64,000 nt of DNA, taken from assembly GCF_001194135.2 (NCBI RefSeq), contig NC_068981.1:166122073-166186072 (forward strand), written 5' to 3'. The notes beneath the pieces are model-generated. The model was given only the letters and a program-made list of their open reading frames with translations, was not told the origin of the DNA and searched no databases. Below, piece after piece: positions 1 through 12,600 of this stretch. A program made the position numbers and the translations under genes. Source of the stretch: Octopus bimaculoides. Taxonomy: Eukaryota. Position 1 is the stretch's first letter. Each line of letters opens with the position of its first letter.

Positions 1-634
1 GTATCAGTTGTGCTGCATTGTTTTGTCTTTTTTCTTCTTGAAGTTGTTTCTCTCGCAATTCCTGAAGAAACTGCCTCCGAAGTTTTCTACTTTCAAGTTT
101 GGATCTGTAGAGTTTCTGAATTAAAATTACAGATGAAAGTAGCTTTAGATATTTGGATTGGCAATAATGCTTCCTGAAGTATGACTGAATAACTACAGCT
201 GCTGCCTCTTGGCTTTTCAACAATTGGCGCTGCATTACACCACGCCACATAGATTGTATTTGTATACAAGCCTGCTTTTCTTTCAGGTATTTGTTCCGTT
301 GTTTTCTGCACAAGATAATACCTCTATACCATTGTTGTATCTGGGTTGTTGACCTGCAGAGGGAGCGATAGTTTTGACGCGTTTGATGCATTCTTACTGC
401 TGCTTGCAAAACACGGATAGCCTTGAGCTGTTTGTGGTACTTTCTCTGCTGGGAATACATACGGTAAAAGCTCTGTAGAACTATGACAGCACTTTTCATT
501 CTTTGGTAATCTGAAGCAACATGGTAGCTTTCTTGAAGATTCCTATACCATCTTTGAATTACAATGGCACACTGTTGTTCAAGAACACCCCTAGACACAT
601 CTAAAATGTTTGGTCTTGAATCTCCTGCATCAAT
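1..634 (-). CDS. ASPM: ASPM IQ-array exon (partial; runs off the window)
   Basis: Acceptor GTTTTGTAG|ATT at 635; open to position 1 with 7 IQ-type motifs (IQRWYR, LQSFYR, LQAAVR, IQQWYR, IQSMWRG, IQSYFR, IQKLYR) and the start of an eighth. Absent from the ORF track in this frame because no stop lies in the window. Confidence 0.92.
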   Translation of the reverse strand, partial: MDAGDSRPNILDVSRGVLEQQCAIVIQRWYRNLQESYHVASDYQRMKSAVIVLQSFYRMYSQQRKYHKQLKAIRVLQAAVRMHQTRQNYRSLCRSTTQIQQWYRGIILCRKQRNKYLKEKQACIQIQSMWRGVMQRQLLKSQEAAAVVIQSYFRKHYCQSKYLKLLSSVILIQKLYRSKLESRKLRRQFLQELREKQLQEEKRQNNAAQLI

Positions 635-3600
635 CTACAAAACAATTTTTGAAAAATTAAAATCATTACATGATCCTTTTTATAAATGATTTATAACAGT
701 CATCAATGAGGTTTCTAAGAAAATCTGCATTCTTGGAAAAGGTATTTTGCAGTTTTATTATATCACCAATACAATCTTTAGTGGAACTATTGCCTATTTT
801 TCTGTTAAATGTAATCTTTTGCTCAACAAAATACCAATAGCCGTATTGGTAATAAGCTTGGAATCTTTAACATATAATCACTGCAACTTCGAACCTTGAA
901 AATGACCATCATTAAATATCCATGTTCCATGCTAACATGGGTTGGACAATTTGACAGAATCCAACAGGTTCAATATCTGCATCTTGTGGTTTGCTTTGGC
1001 ATGGTTTCTATGGCTGAATACTCTTCCTGACACCAACCACTTTACGATAAGTAATGGGTATTGCTTTCAAGGCACTAAGGCCACCATACAATTTGCAAGA
1101 CTAAGATCCTCTTTGGCTGAGTAGAGTTTATGCAAGGAGATGAGCGTTAAAATAGGAGGGAAGAGACCAAAATAACACCGGTTGCTTCCTGTAAAGGAGC
1201 TCCATGGCTAGTCCCATTATTGAAGAGAGGGTGAGAGCAACTAGGAAGAGTTATGAGAATGATGAAGAGTCATAGCGAACCCTTAAGTTATAAGGCAAGT
1301 AGAAGTGAGTGGAGACAGGAGAACAAAGTGTAGATGAGTAGACATTGCAAAAGTGTACAGGAGAATAAAAAGATGGTTAAAGATGGAGGCTGGGTGAAGA
1401 GCTGAATATAATTAACTAAGAACTGTTGAGGGACAAGTAGGGACGGTAGGAAAGAGCAGGTGACAAATGCAGAAAACTGACCTCACCTGTCTAAGTGCCA
1501 CGTAAAGAGCACTCAGCCAACTATGGAGTGGTTGGTGTTACAAAGGGCATCCAGCTGTAAAAACCATGCCAAAACACACTCGGCATCACACAGGGTCCCA
1601 ACTGGCCAGCTCCTGTCAAGCTATATAACCCATGTCAACATAGGAGGATGATGATAATGATGATGCCACCTTTCAGAAAGTCCAGTGGACCACAGTCTGC
1701 TTACAACTAAGCTAAATGCTCTCACAACTTTCTACAGGTTTACTTATAACAAATTCTTACTCTTGAAAATTCCTCTGCTTGCTTCATGTAATATTTTATC
1801 TTGTGTGCATTTTATATTTATAATGATCGTTATCTGAAGATTATGAACATTTTATTGCTTGTTCAGACCTTTTACAATAAACTTTTATGATATTCTGTAG
1901 CACTTGCACTATATTTCTTGTACACTATTACACACTTTATTGAACTACATTCTTTTGTTCTACCATTCAATTACTTTATGCTAAACCTTCTTTTAACATG
2001 AGTAGTTTTCTCTATTTAACAAGTTTATTTTCTACTTTTTTCATTTTCCTTGAAAGGTTAGTTTGCAATATTTACCGTTGTCTAAATCTCAGAAGGCAAA
2101 AGTAGAAATTCTATACTATGTGAAATAAAAAAAGCAAAACAAAAACAGTCAGATCATTTCTATGTTCTCTTTAGTTTCACATATCGCAGCTAAAACAAAA
2201 ATTTAAAGATTTCATTTCTATATGAAGCAGCAACAAGGTAAAATCCATAATTTATCAAAAGAAAATAAAATAAAACCAGACAGGAGAAAAAAAAACAAAA
2301 AAACTTAAATGCTATATTTACCTGATCCTGAAGTATCAGACTCTTGTCTTCAAAGACTATATCAGATTGTGGTTGGAGACCTGTATTGATTTTACTGGAG
2401 TTCAGCACCTGGATACCATCAGCACTGTCACTTTCATCACATTCAACCTGTGACAGGTGTTTACTATCATATTTAGAGGAAGAAAGTCTTTCATAATCAA
2501 CTAGACCGGAATTGTTGACATCTGTTATAATATTGGCAGTGGAACTAGCAGAGCTGCCTTTCTGATCATCACAATTAGAAACAGTAGAGCAATCTTGGTC
2601 ATGAGGAAATTCATCCTGAAGGTGACAGTGTCCATCAGCAGGAGAGTCAGCTGATAGATCATGGTGGCCATCAGTAGAGACATCTAGCAGATCAGGGTGA
2701 CCATCAGTGGAGCCATTTGGCAGACCATGGTCACCGTCAGTGGAGTCATTTTGCGGAAGAACATGGTGAACGTCAGTGGAGTCATTTTGCGGAAGAACAC
2801 GGTGATCGTCAGTGGAGCCATTTTGCGGAAGAACACGGTGATCGTCAGTGGAGCCATNNNNNNNNNNCATTTTGCGGAAGAACACGGTGATCGTCAGTGG
2901 AGCCATTTTGCGGAAGAACACGGTGATCGTCAGTGGAGCCATTTTGCGGAAGAACACGGTGATCGTCAGTGGAGCCATTTTGCAGAAGAACACTGTGATC
3001 GTTAGTGGAGCCATTTTGCAGAAGAACACTGTGATCGTCAGTGGAGCCATTTTGCAGAAGAACACTGTGATCGTCAGTGGAGCCATTTTGCAGAAGAACA
3101 CGGTGANNNNNNNNNNNNNNNNNNNNNNNNNNNNNNNNNNNNNNNNNNNNNNNNNNNNNNNNNNNNNNNNNNNNNNNNNNNNNNNNNNNNNNNNNNNNNN
3201 NNNNNNNNNNNNNNNNNNNNNNNNNNNNNNNNNNNNNNNNNNNNNNNNNNNNNNNNNNNNNNNNNNNNNNNNNNNNNNNNNNNNNNNNNNNNNNNNNNNN
3301 NNNNNNNNNNNNNNNNNNNNNNNNNNNNNNNNNNNNNNNNNNNNNNNNNNNNNNNNNNNNNNNNNNNNNNNNNNNNNNNNNNNNNNNNNNNNNNNNNNNN
3401 NNNNNNNNNNNNNNNNNNNNNNNNNNNNNNNNNNNNNNNNNNNNNNNNNNNNNNNNNNNNNNNNNNNNNNNNNNNNNNNNNNNNNNNNNNNNNNNNNNNN
3501 NNNNNNNNNNNNCCATTTTGCGGAAGAACATGGTGATCGTCAGTGGAGCCATTTTGCGGAAGAACATGGTGATCGTCAGTGGAGCCATTTTGCGGAAGAA

Positions 3601-6600
3601 CATGGTGATCGTCAGTGGAGCCATTTTGCAGAAGAACACGATGATCGTCAGTGGAGCCATTTTGCAGAGCACGGTCACCATCAGTGGAGTCATTTTGCAG
3701 ACCATGGTCACCATCAGTGGAGCCATTCAAAGTAGAAGTCTCTAATCTACTTCTAATCTCAGTTGTGCTGTTTGCTTCACTTTCATTGATGTTATCTTTA
3801 TCATTAAGATCCATATTTCTATCTGATGTACCATCATTCAAGTTCTGATTATGCTCCAAATATTTATTGGGACTACAAACAGAATGTTGTTTAGAGGTTG
3901 CTGGCATTCCAATATATTCAGTCACTATCTCATCTCCAGATTTCTCAACACTGCAAATGTTGCCTTGAACACCATTATCAATATCTATAGTCTGATTTAA
4001 GAGACGGGAATGGTGAGGTTTATTGTTAATCTCAAACGTGCCATTAAGGTGATTATTGAAATCCTCATGCTCAAATTCAATAGTTTGATTCAATTTTGAT
4101 GTTTTTATACTGATACATTCCTCTCTGGCATTCAGGTTTTCTTGCTTCTGTTGGCCAAGATCATTTGAATCGTTTACTTTACGAATGACTAAGTTGAGTG
4201 GTGAGTTATAATTGGTTTCTGCACCTCTTTGCCAGTTGTTCCCCTCAGCAACTAAATCCAAGCATGAAACTTCTGCTATTGTGCCCAAATTACACTTTGG
4301 CAAGTAACTGTGCTCAGTATTATTGTGTTTCTGATAACACTGGGATGGTGAAAGTGCCAAATTTTTATTTGAGTGTTTTACCAATGGACTAGTCTTGTCG
4401 TATGATCCAACTTGGGGAGAAAGGATTTGTATTTTATTCATTGTATTACATTGCCATTGGGTTACTACTGCAGATTTACTCTTCATCTAAACCAAATAAA
4501 ATTTTAAAAAAAAGGTAAATATTAGCAAAAGAAATGTTTAAAATATTTATTTGAAAATTTGGAAGGAAAAATTACATGATATACATTCATTCAAGCATAA
4601 ATAATTACCCTCCGTAGCCTCTGCTTCTTGCACCATAGATATTTCCGCCAAGCCATTTGGATAACAATAGCCGCTCTTGCTTCATGTCTTATTTCAAGTA
4701 AACGTATAGCAAGGTAAGTAATATAGGTGATCACTACTTTCTCATCTGGTATAGTATTGGACATGTCCGAGTGGCGCAACATAGCTGGTACTCCACCAAT
4801 AGCACTCACCTAAAATACATAAATACTTGTTAAATATAAAACATTTGCAACTTTATTTAGTAACAAACAAAATCAATACAATATTTTCATTAATTAAATA
4901 TTAGCAAAATTTACAAAAAATAATTTCAGACTAAGTTTCTCAAGAGTAAGGCAGTGTAACTAAGACAAATTTAATGATAAGCCTTATGTCAAAAATTACA
5001 ATCAAATGCTTTTATTTTAAAATTAAAACCCTTCAAACATGATTTTTAGTGTACCATGAGAAGAAAATTGTTTCAAGTAGCACTCCTACTCTTACTGTAT
5101 ATTTTGGGACTACTGAACTACAAGTCTCTTTAAATTGTCATTAACTGACTTCATGTTAAGCTTCAACTCAAAACCTCAAGTACCCTACCCCATGTCTTGC
5201 CATTTGAGTTACTTGTAGCCTAACCATAAAACCTCAAATTGAAGGAAAAAAAAGCCACAACTTACTTTTTTAGCAATAAGTTTAAAATTTTCGGCTTCGT
5301 TAGCTAAAAGAGCTTCATAAATTTTAGGTTTCCCCGTTTCTGAAACAAATTTTATAAAAAACAAATATAATTTCTTTTTGATAAAGAAACTCAGTATACA
5401 GAAACAGAAATATTGGTGATGTGTCCAAGTGCATGAATAAGTAACAGTACAATGCAGTAAACCAAACTTACTAGGGCTAAACAGAGTGCTAAATGCGAGT
5501 TCATCCAAACTCTGATCACTGTCTTGTTGTTGATTTTCACATTCATTGATGTAAGTTACAGTTGTGTCCTGCTTGATTTCAGACAATGGCAGCAATCCAG
5601 GATAATAATGATGAATTAGATAACACAAAACACGGCCATCAGAGAAGGATACTGTGAAATTCTCAATCTGAAATTTGCAAGGAAAGCAAATAAAAAAAAA
5701 GTTATAATGAAAGTAAATGAAAAATAGAATTAAACTCTGGTAACGATCACGCTCAAATGGTGCTATTTACATGCCACTGGCACGGAAACCAGACAGCTGC
5801 TCTGGCAATGATCACGCTTGGACAGTGCTGTTAGCGCTCCACTGGCACATGTGCCAGTCAAAGATTTTATAACCCTCTTGCCAATATAACAATGAAGAAC
5901 TAACACAATGCAATATCTTAAGGTTTGTTCTCTAGATAATATGATCATTTCACAGTATGAGATGGTCACAACCTTAATTTCAGTCATAGTGAGATTGATA
6001 GTCAGCATATCATTCCCTTCACCACCCCAATGCTCTTGACAATTGAAATCCAAATGCTATTATAGTCTATTATGATTAAACTCCATTAGCAGCTAAGTGC
6101 ACATGTTTACATCAAGGGGACAACTTTATTCTTAACACCCTCAGACTACCACTGTATGCTCCTTCCTCAACCTAGACAACAGTGTTGGTACCAGCAGCCT
6201 TAGGCTGGCAGCTCCCATTGCTGCAAAAGCTCTCTATATCATGAAGCTGTGGCTTCTCAGTTATAGTGAAAGCAACCATACAATCTCACAATTATATGAA
6301 AAGGAATCTGCTCTAATCACATGGAAAGTCAACTCAAGCCAAAAACACCAGAGAATAACTTGAATAAAAGCGAATACTGCACAAAAGGTGCAGACAACTC
6401 CTCTAATGTTGTCGTAAAGATAATGCAAAACAGGAATGCAGATAAGATGGGCTCTAATGTACAGCAAAAGCAACCCATCAGATGAAAAGAACTTTGAATA
6501 AGTGATCCAAAATAGAGGGGGGTTTTAAGACCTGGTACACAAGCCTTTAATTACAGAAGCCCAATTAAATTACACTTGGTCATTTAAAATTGTTGGTGAT

Positions 6601-9600
6601 AAAAAAAGATGGCATCTAGCTACAAGAACCAAATAACCACAACAAAGAGGAGAGTTTGCTCTGTTGCTTGTGGTTGTCAGTTACTGAAGGGATAAAAACG
6701 GCAAAACAGTATCAGAACAAACCTGTCTAACCCATACCATACCAGCATTAAAAAAAATAAGTAAAAATAAGGATAAGCTTCAATATACGCAGGTTTCAGT
6801 CTTTATATTACCTGTAAGCCATAATGAGCTGAAACTGCTTGACACCATTCAAAAAGTAGCTGATGTTTCTCATTTTCTGGTTTAACAAGTCCTTCCACTG
6901 AATTACGCCCGACTGAAATAATGGTGAAGAATATTTTCATTACTCGTTTAAAAGGGAAAAGGCCTGTCTAATATCGTGACAATCAGATTTACTACAATTA
7001 TAAATATAGTTTTATTATTACTCTAATTACAAATATACATTAAATATTTGGCTAATTACAATACCAGTGAATTTTTTAAACATTTATTCCTATATCAGTA
7101 GAGGTGAAATTTGTAGCTGCTAGTGTACATTTAATAAAGTGCTTTTATTACATTTTACTAAAGTCCTTGTTAATTCATTTGTGACGAAGTCAGCACGGGG
7201 TGGATGTTTGTGATATTGGCAGGAGAGAGTAAATCCAATATAGAGAGAGTGGGTACTTGATAGAGTAGGAGTCACAGAATATTCCAAAAAAAAAAAAAAA
7301 AAAAACAATCTGGTTCGCAGACATTGCTAATAGAATGTGTAAGCAATCTATAAAGTTGTAGAAAAAGACCCTTTATCGATACAAATACCAAGTCTATAAC
7401 AGAATATGGATGTAAAATTTCACTCCATAACTGCATGCTGACATACTACAAAGATACAAGTAGCAAACAATAGTGAACTTAATATCTCTAGGCTAAGGTT
7501 ATATTCAGTAGTAATGGCTTACAAACCCATGTTATTTTGGCCAAAAAGTTGGCATGTTAAAACTTGTCCAGTACGTATTGGAAATGTTAAAATTGGTTGT
7601 CTCCAGAACACTTCAAAAGAAAATTAGTTTCAAGAGACCAAATGTTAGGAAAAATAAAGAAGTCAGGTAGCGAGATCAAGTTAAAGTAAATTCAGTAGCT
7701 AACAAGGACAAGGGATTCATATTTTCTTATAACTGTATTTCAGAAGTACTGATAAATAGTTCTAACCAATACAGCCAATATTCTTACCCAAATTTGGGGA
7801 TAAAACATTCAAAGCCACTTACTTGAATAGTCCTCAACACCAGCCAACTTCCTAACAGACCTTTTCTTCTCAAGGCACCTCTTCAAAAAGTGGACTTCAT
7901 CTCTAAGCTCATTGATATCCAGAAGTATATCAACCTGAAAAGAGGACCAAAATAAAAGTAACCCAAAACGGAAAACAATGATTCATGCAACAATACTAAT
8001 ACTGAATATAGTACAGATTTGTTTTAACCTGATCATCCCCAGCCTATACAATTTTAGAATTATTTTTTAAAACTATAAACAAGTAACTATATATACATTA
8101 ATTCAATTTGCACATTAAAAAAAAAAACTGTATCCATTACCACCTTCTGCAAGGAAAGGAGACATACATAAAACTGGATTTGCTGATCCTGAGATCAATA
8201 TGAAATACTCAAAGAGGTTCCTAACAGTGGTACTTTTTAAAGAAGTTGAGTCATAGATAGATCCCTCAAATGAGATTTAATTATTTCATTTTGAAATTAC
8301 TTCCAATTCTAAATACATAATAGAATTACCTGGAAACCAGTCACAATTCTCCAAAGAAGAGTCAATGTTTTTTCTCTGTGTCCATCTACAATATCTTTAG
8401 CACATATTGAACCTGAAATATCAAATATTTTAGGATTAAAGATTTCTCAAGAATTTATGAAGAATTGGAAAAAAGAAAATGAATGAAATGAAATAAAAGT
8501 CTCCATTAAAAAATTTCATGTCAATCTACTCAGAGAAAAAATAAAAGCTAAGTTACCTTTAGCAAGGCTTAGATCCATTCCATTGACCAATAAAGCTTTC
8601 AGCACTTTGTTAACATTGTGGATCTTCTGCAGATGACTAATTGCAGGGGCACGAAGGGAGTTGGTGAGTTCCCATTTACCTGTGAGTATTTCTACAGCTC
8701 GACTAAACAAAGAAAAAATATTCTGACATTATTGTTTTGTACAACCATCTGCCACCTACCCAAGAAAATAATGCTTTATTTTGATTAGGGCCAATTATAT
8801 AACAGCAAGGCATTTTCAAGCTGACCTATGTCTTATTAAATTTAGTAGACAGAAACTGCAAGATGCTTGTCATGTGTGTGGGGGGGTGTTCATATTCCTC
8901 ACTTGTAACCACCTGAGTGAAGTGTTGACATTCCTTTTGACATTATGACCAGTCACTGTACACTTGGAGACTTTTAGAATAAAGTATCCCTTATTTGCAA
9001 AGCAGATAAGGGCTGGAAATGAAGATCATCTTATCTGGAAATTCCCATCATAAAAATAACTCCTCATGCAACCAAAGTTAGCATAGAAAAATGGATGTCA
9101 AATGAACAAACACATGAAAGGATTCAATTGAAAACTTTCCTTAGAAGGGCAAAAATATAAATAACAGTTGAACACTGCTTAAATCTATCATAGTCAGTCC
9201 CAAATCTGTTTGAAAAAGTGGGAGAATGAGAAGCATAGGGTTAGCAGCCCTGCACTATCAGTTCTCTACACTGCTACAGAAATGCCAATAAGAGAACGTG
9301 AAAACTGGCGCTAGTAAAGCAAGACAGCCCTCAGAGACTACATATGAAGCAATGTAATGAAAGCACAAACTGGATTTACCTGTAATTTGGCATAATACTA
9401 TAATGATTGAGAAAGAGAAAATATGTTCTATATCTCAATCCAAAATGAGTTAAAATGCTGCTAAAAACTTTAAATGATTTCTCATACTGAAAGGAGATGT
9501 AACATTATCAATACAGGATTGATAGATACTGGTAGAAGTGATGTTAAGCATCAAAGATTTGAACTTAGAAGAGTGATAAATCTAAATACTTCAAAAGCAT

Positions 9601-12600
9601 TTTGTTTAAATGTTAACATATCTGCCAGCTCAATATCTCAACAAAAATAGGTGTAGCTGTGTGGCTAAAAGGTTCACTTTGCAATGGAGTTTCAGTTTCA
9701 ATCCTATGCAACACCATGTGCAATATCTTTCTTCAGTTAACCAAAGCTTTGTCAATGAAATGGAGTTATATGGAAACTGTAGAAACCTGTCAGAGACACC
9801 ATTCTTGTGTGGTAGGCTTAATTTGATGCTTAGTTTAACCCTTTAGCATTCAAATTATTCTATCTACTATAATACTTATTTATCCATATTGTTTTAACCT
9901 AATCATGCATTATTTCGTAGCTTCAAGATTTCGATGATGTTATCACCTATTTTTAGAATGACATAGGTTGGTGTGAGATACAAAATCTGGGCAGTTTTAA
10001 CATAAAACAGATTATTTGGGCTGGATATGGCCGGTTTTAACACTAAAGGGTTAATATCTCCACCACTACCACCAGCTCATCCTAAGGTGTTTAACAAAAT
10101 CAACTGTTGCAAGCATTCAAGCCAGACTTCCAGCTGGAGGATAATGTTCTGTCTCATGCCTGTACCCTTCTTCCTCAGATCAAATTAAAAAAAAAAAAAG
10201 AAAAAAAGGAAGTCCTTACGTTAGACGAATTCCATCTCGTAGATCAACAGCAAGGTTAGAAACTGCATAATCAAATTCATGCAAAGGTGTCTGGACATAG
10301 CTGACAGTGTATCCAAAATAAGACAAATGACGAGTAACATCACCTTCACCTTTAAGAAATTCCCTCGCTATATTATAGAGAAGGTTTTTGCTTGCCTGTG
10401 GAAATAAGAAAAATACATCAGCGACATTAGCAACAGAGATAAAATGTTTACATTCTAAGCTTGTACAGATATTAAAGTAACATTTTCCCCTCCATTATAC
10501 AAATATTTTTCTTAACATTTTAACCAAAAAAATAACAGACTAAAAAGAAAAACTGAGCAAACCAGTTTTGGGATTAAGATGTGGAACTAACCAAATAGTT
10601 GAGAGTTCAAATTTTCCAACAAATTTTGTTTTCACTCTTGAACAAACTATAGATGGCCACAGGTTTTAATAATTGTTTAAAAGTTAAAAGTAAGAGAATT
10701 TAGTTCTAAGAATCCTCACAGGGTGGAAAAATACATGTAAAAACAAAGACAGAAAAGAGTATTCACATCAGTGATATTAAGAAATTATAATCTCTTAACA
10801 AGAGTCACATGATAATTGAACTAGTATCCAGTTAGTCATTTACAATTACATTAATTGTATACCCCAAATAAATTGTTTACTATAAAGAGAAACAAAACAT
10901 GGATAGCTGACTAATACCATTATGGGGGAAATGTTAGAAAAAAAATTTCAAACGGAGTAAAAGATATGCTAAAACAATCCTAAACACGGAGACAAAAAGT
11001 ATTAACTGAAAGGGTTTGAGCTTGCCTTGATTTCAGCATCTTTGCAGAAAAGACAGGGATCATGTTCTATGAGGCGCTTCCTTTTAGCGTAATCCAGAAA
11101 GAAAACCAGAATCAAATACTTTTTCAAGGTATGTTTAGAGAGGGCCTCTTGGTAACCTGACAAAGATGCAAAATGTTAAAACAATAGATTTACTTCAAAG
11201 AGAATACAGATGTAACAAAACATTGTTTAAATGCTCAAAAGAGCTGAGTAACAGGCAGTTCATCTCATTTATGGCATTAGCTAAATCTAACACTGCAGTG
11301 GTTTCCATAGCAAGAAACAATTCTTACTTCTTTAGTCCACCCAGCCATTTGAAACAGATGCTATGAAGAAGCACATCTCACCAGCACAAACATTGTAAAT
11401 GATCAGTTTGGTTAGCATGCAGTGCTGTGCTCAAATTGACTCATTAATAAATCACACCACAAAATGATATTCTATTTAAGAGAATTGTAACATCATAGAA
11501 ACAAGAATAAACTCTCTCCACTACCATTGACACGTCTATAATAGAAACAAATATAGCTGTGTGGTAAGAAGCTTGTTTCCCAACTACATGGTTCCAGGTT
11601 CAGTCCCATTGCATGGCACCTTGGGCAAGTGTCTTTTAGTATAGCCTCAGAGCAACCAAAGCCTTGTGAATGGATTTGGTAAATAGAAACTGAAAAGTCT
11701 ATTGTGTGCGTGTTCATTCTCTACCTCCCACTTGACAACCAGTGTTGATGTGTTTATGTTCCCATAACTTCGAGGTCTGACAAGAGAGACCAATAGAATA
11801 AGTACTAGGCTTTAAAAAAAAAGTCCTGAGGTTGATTTGTTTGACTAAAATTCCCTTCAAGGTGGTGCCTCCAGCATGGCTGCAGTCAAATGATTGAAAT
11901 AAGTAAAAGATAGATAATCTTTCTTAAAAACTTTTTCATACAGAAATGCTAAGAAATGGAAAGAATTAAGGCAAAAATCTGAAGTTAATGTAACGCTACC
12001 TTCTCTGTAAAGATGTGGCACTGTAGGATGAGCATACCGATTGGCAATGTCAGGGTTTCCAAGTAAGCGAGTAACAATAAACCTTGACAGGCCCAAGAAG
12101 TCAGTATTGGAATCAATAAGCAAGATTTCTCCAAACACCATCTGTAATAGATCAAATATCACTAAAACATCAAAAGATAAAATACACACCAATTAAATTT
12201 ATGTCAATGTGGGTTGAAGAGATCTTAAGTACAGCACCTTCCGGCCTGCATAACTGGACATTAAGGTTTCTATAATTATGATAAAAAAACCCATACTTTG
12301 ATTTTAAAAAAAAAACTATAAAATTGGATTTGGCCCTTGGATGTTGCCAGATTTTTTTTTTTTCTTTTTTAATTTGAAGAGAATGGGATATACTTTTGTA
12401 TTTAAATGAAATTTAAAATTTCGTGGCTTTGTGGTAAGAAGTTTGCTTCCCAACCACATGGTTCTGAGTGGAGTCCTGTTTGACCCTTTGGGCAAGTGTC
12501 TTCTACTACAGTCTCATACTGATCAAAGTCTTCTGAGTAGAGTTGATAGACAGAAACTGAAAGAAGCCAGTCTTGTGTATGTCCATCCGACACCACCACA

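Noticed and set aside
670-2100. Purine-rich or partly open minus-strand stretches (~690-860, ~1750-2085) as extra ASPM exons
   Set aside because: No acceptor/donor pair gives an open frame; exons 4486-2322 and 634 already join in phase.
2190-2321. Hydrophobic, TM-like tails of ORFs 2190-3101 and 22900-24402
   Set aside because: Both lie past clear GT donors (2321, 23048) and are intronic read-through into T-rich or SINE sequence.
2697-3848. 36-bp repeat array as a CRISPR array; plus-strand and alternative-frame ORFs through it
   Set aside because: Units are contiguous with no unique spacers, there are no cas genes, and the context is eukaryotic. The extra ORFs are shadows of a stop-free repeat unit.
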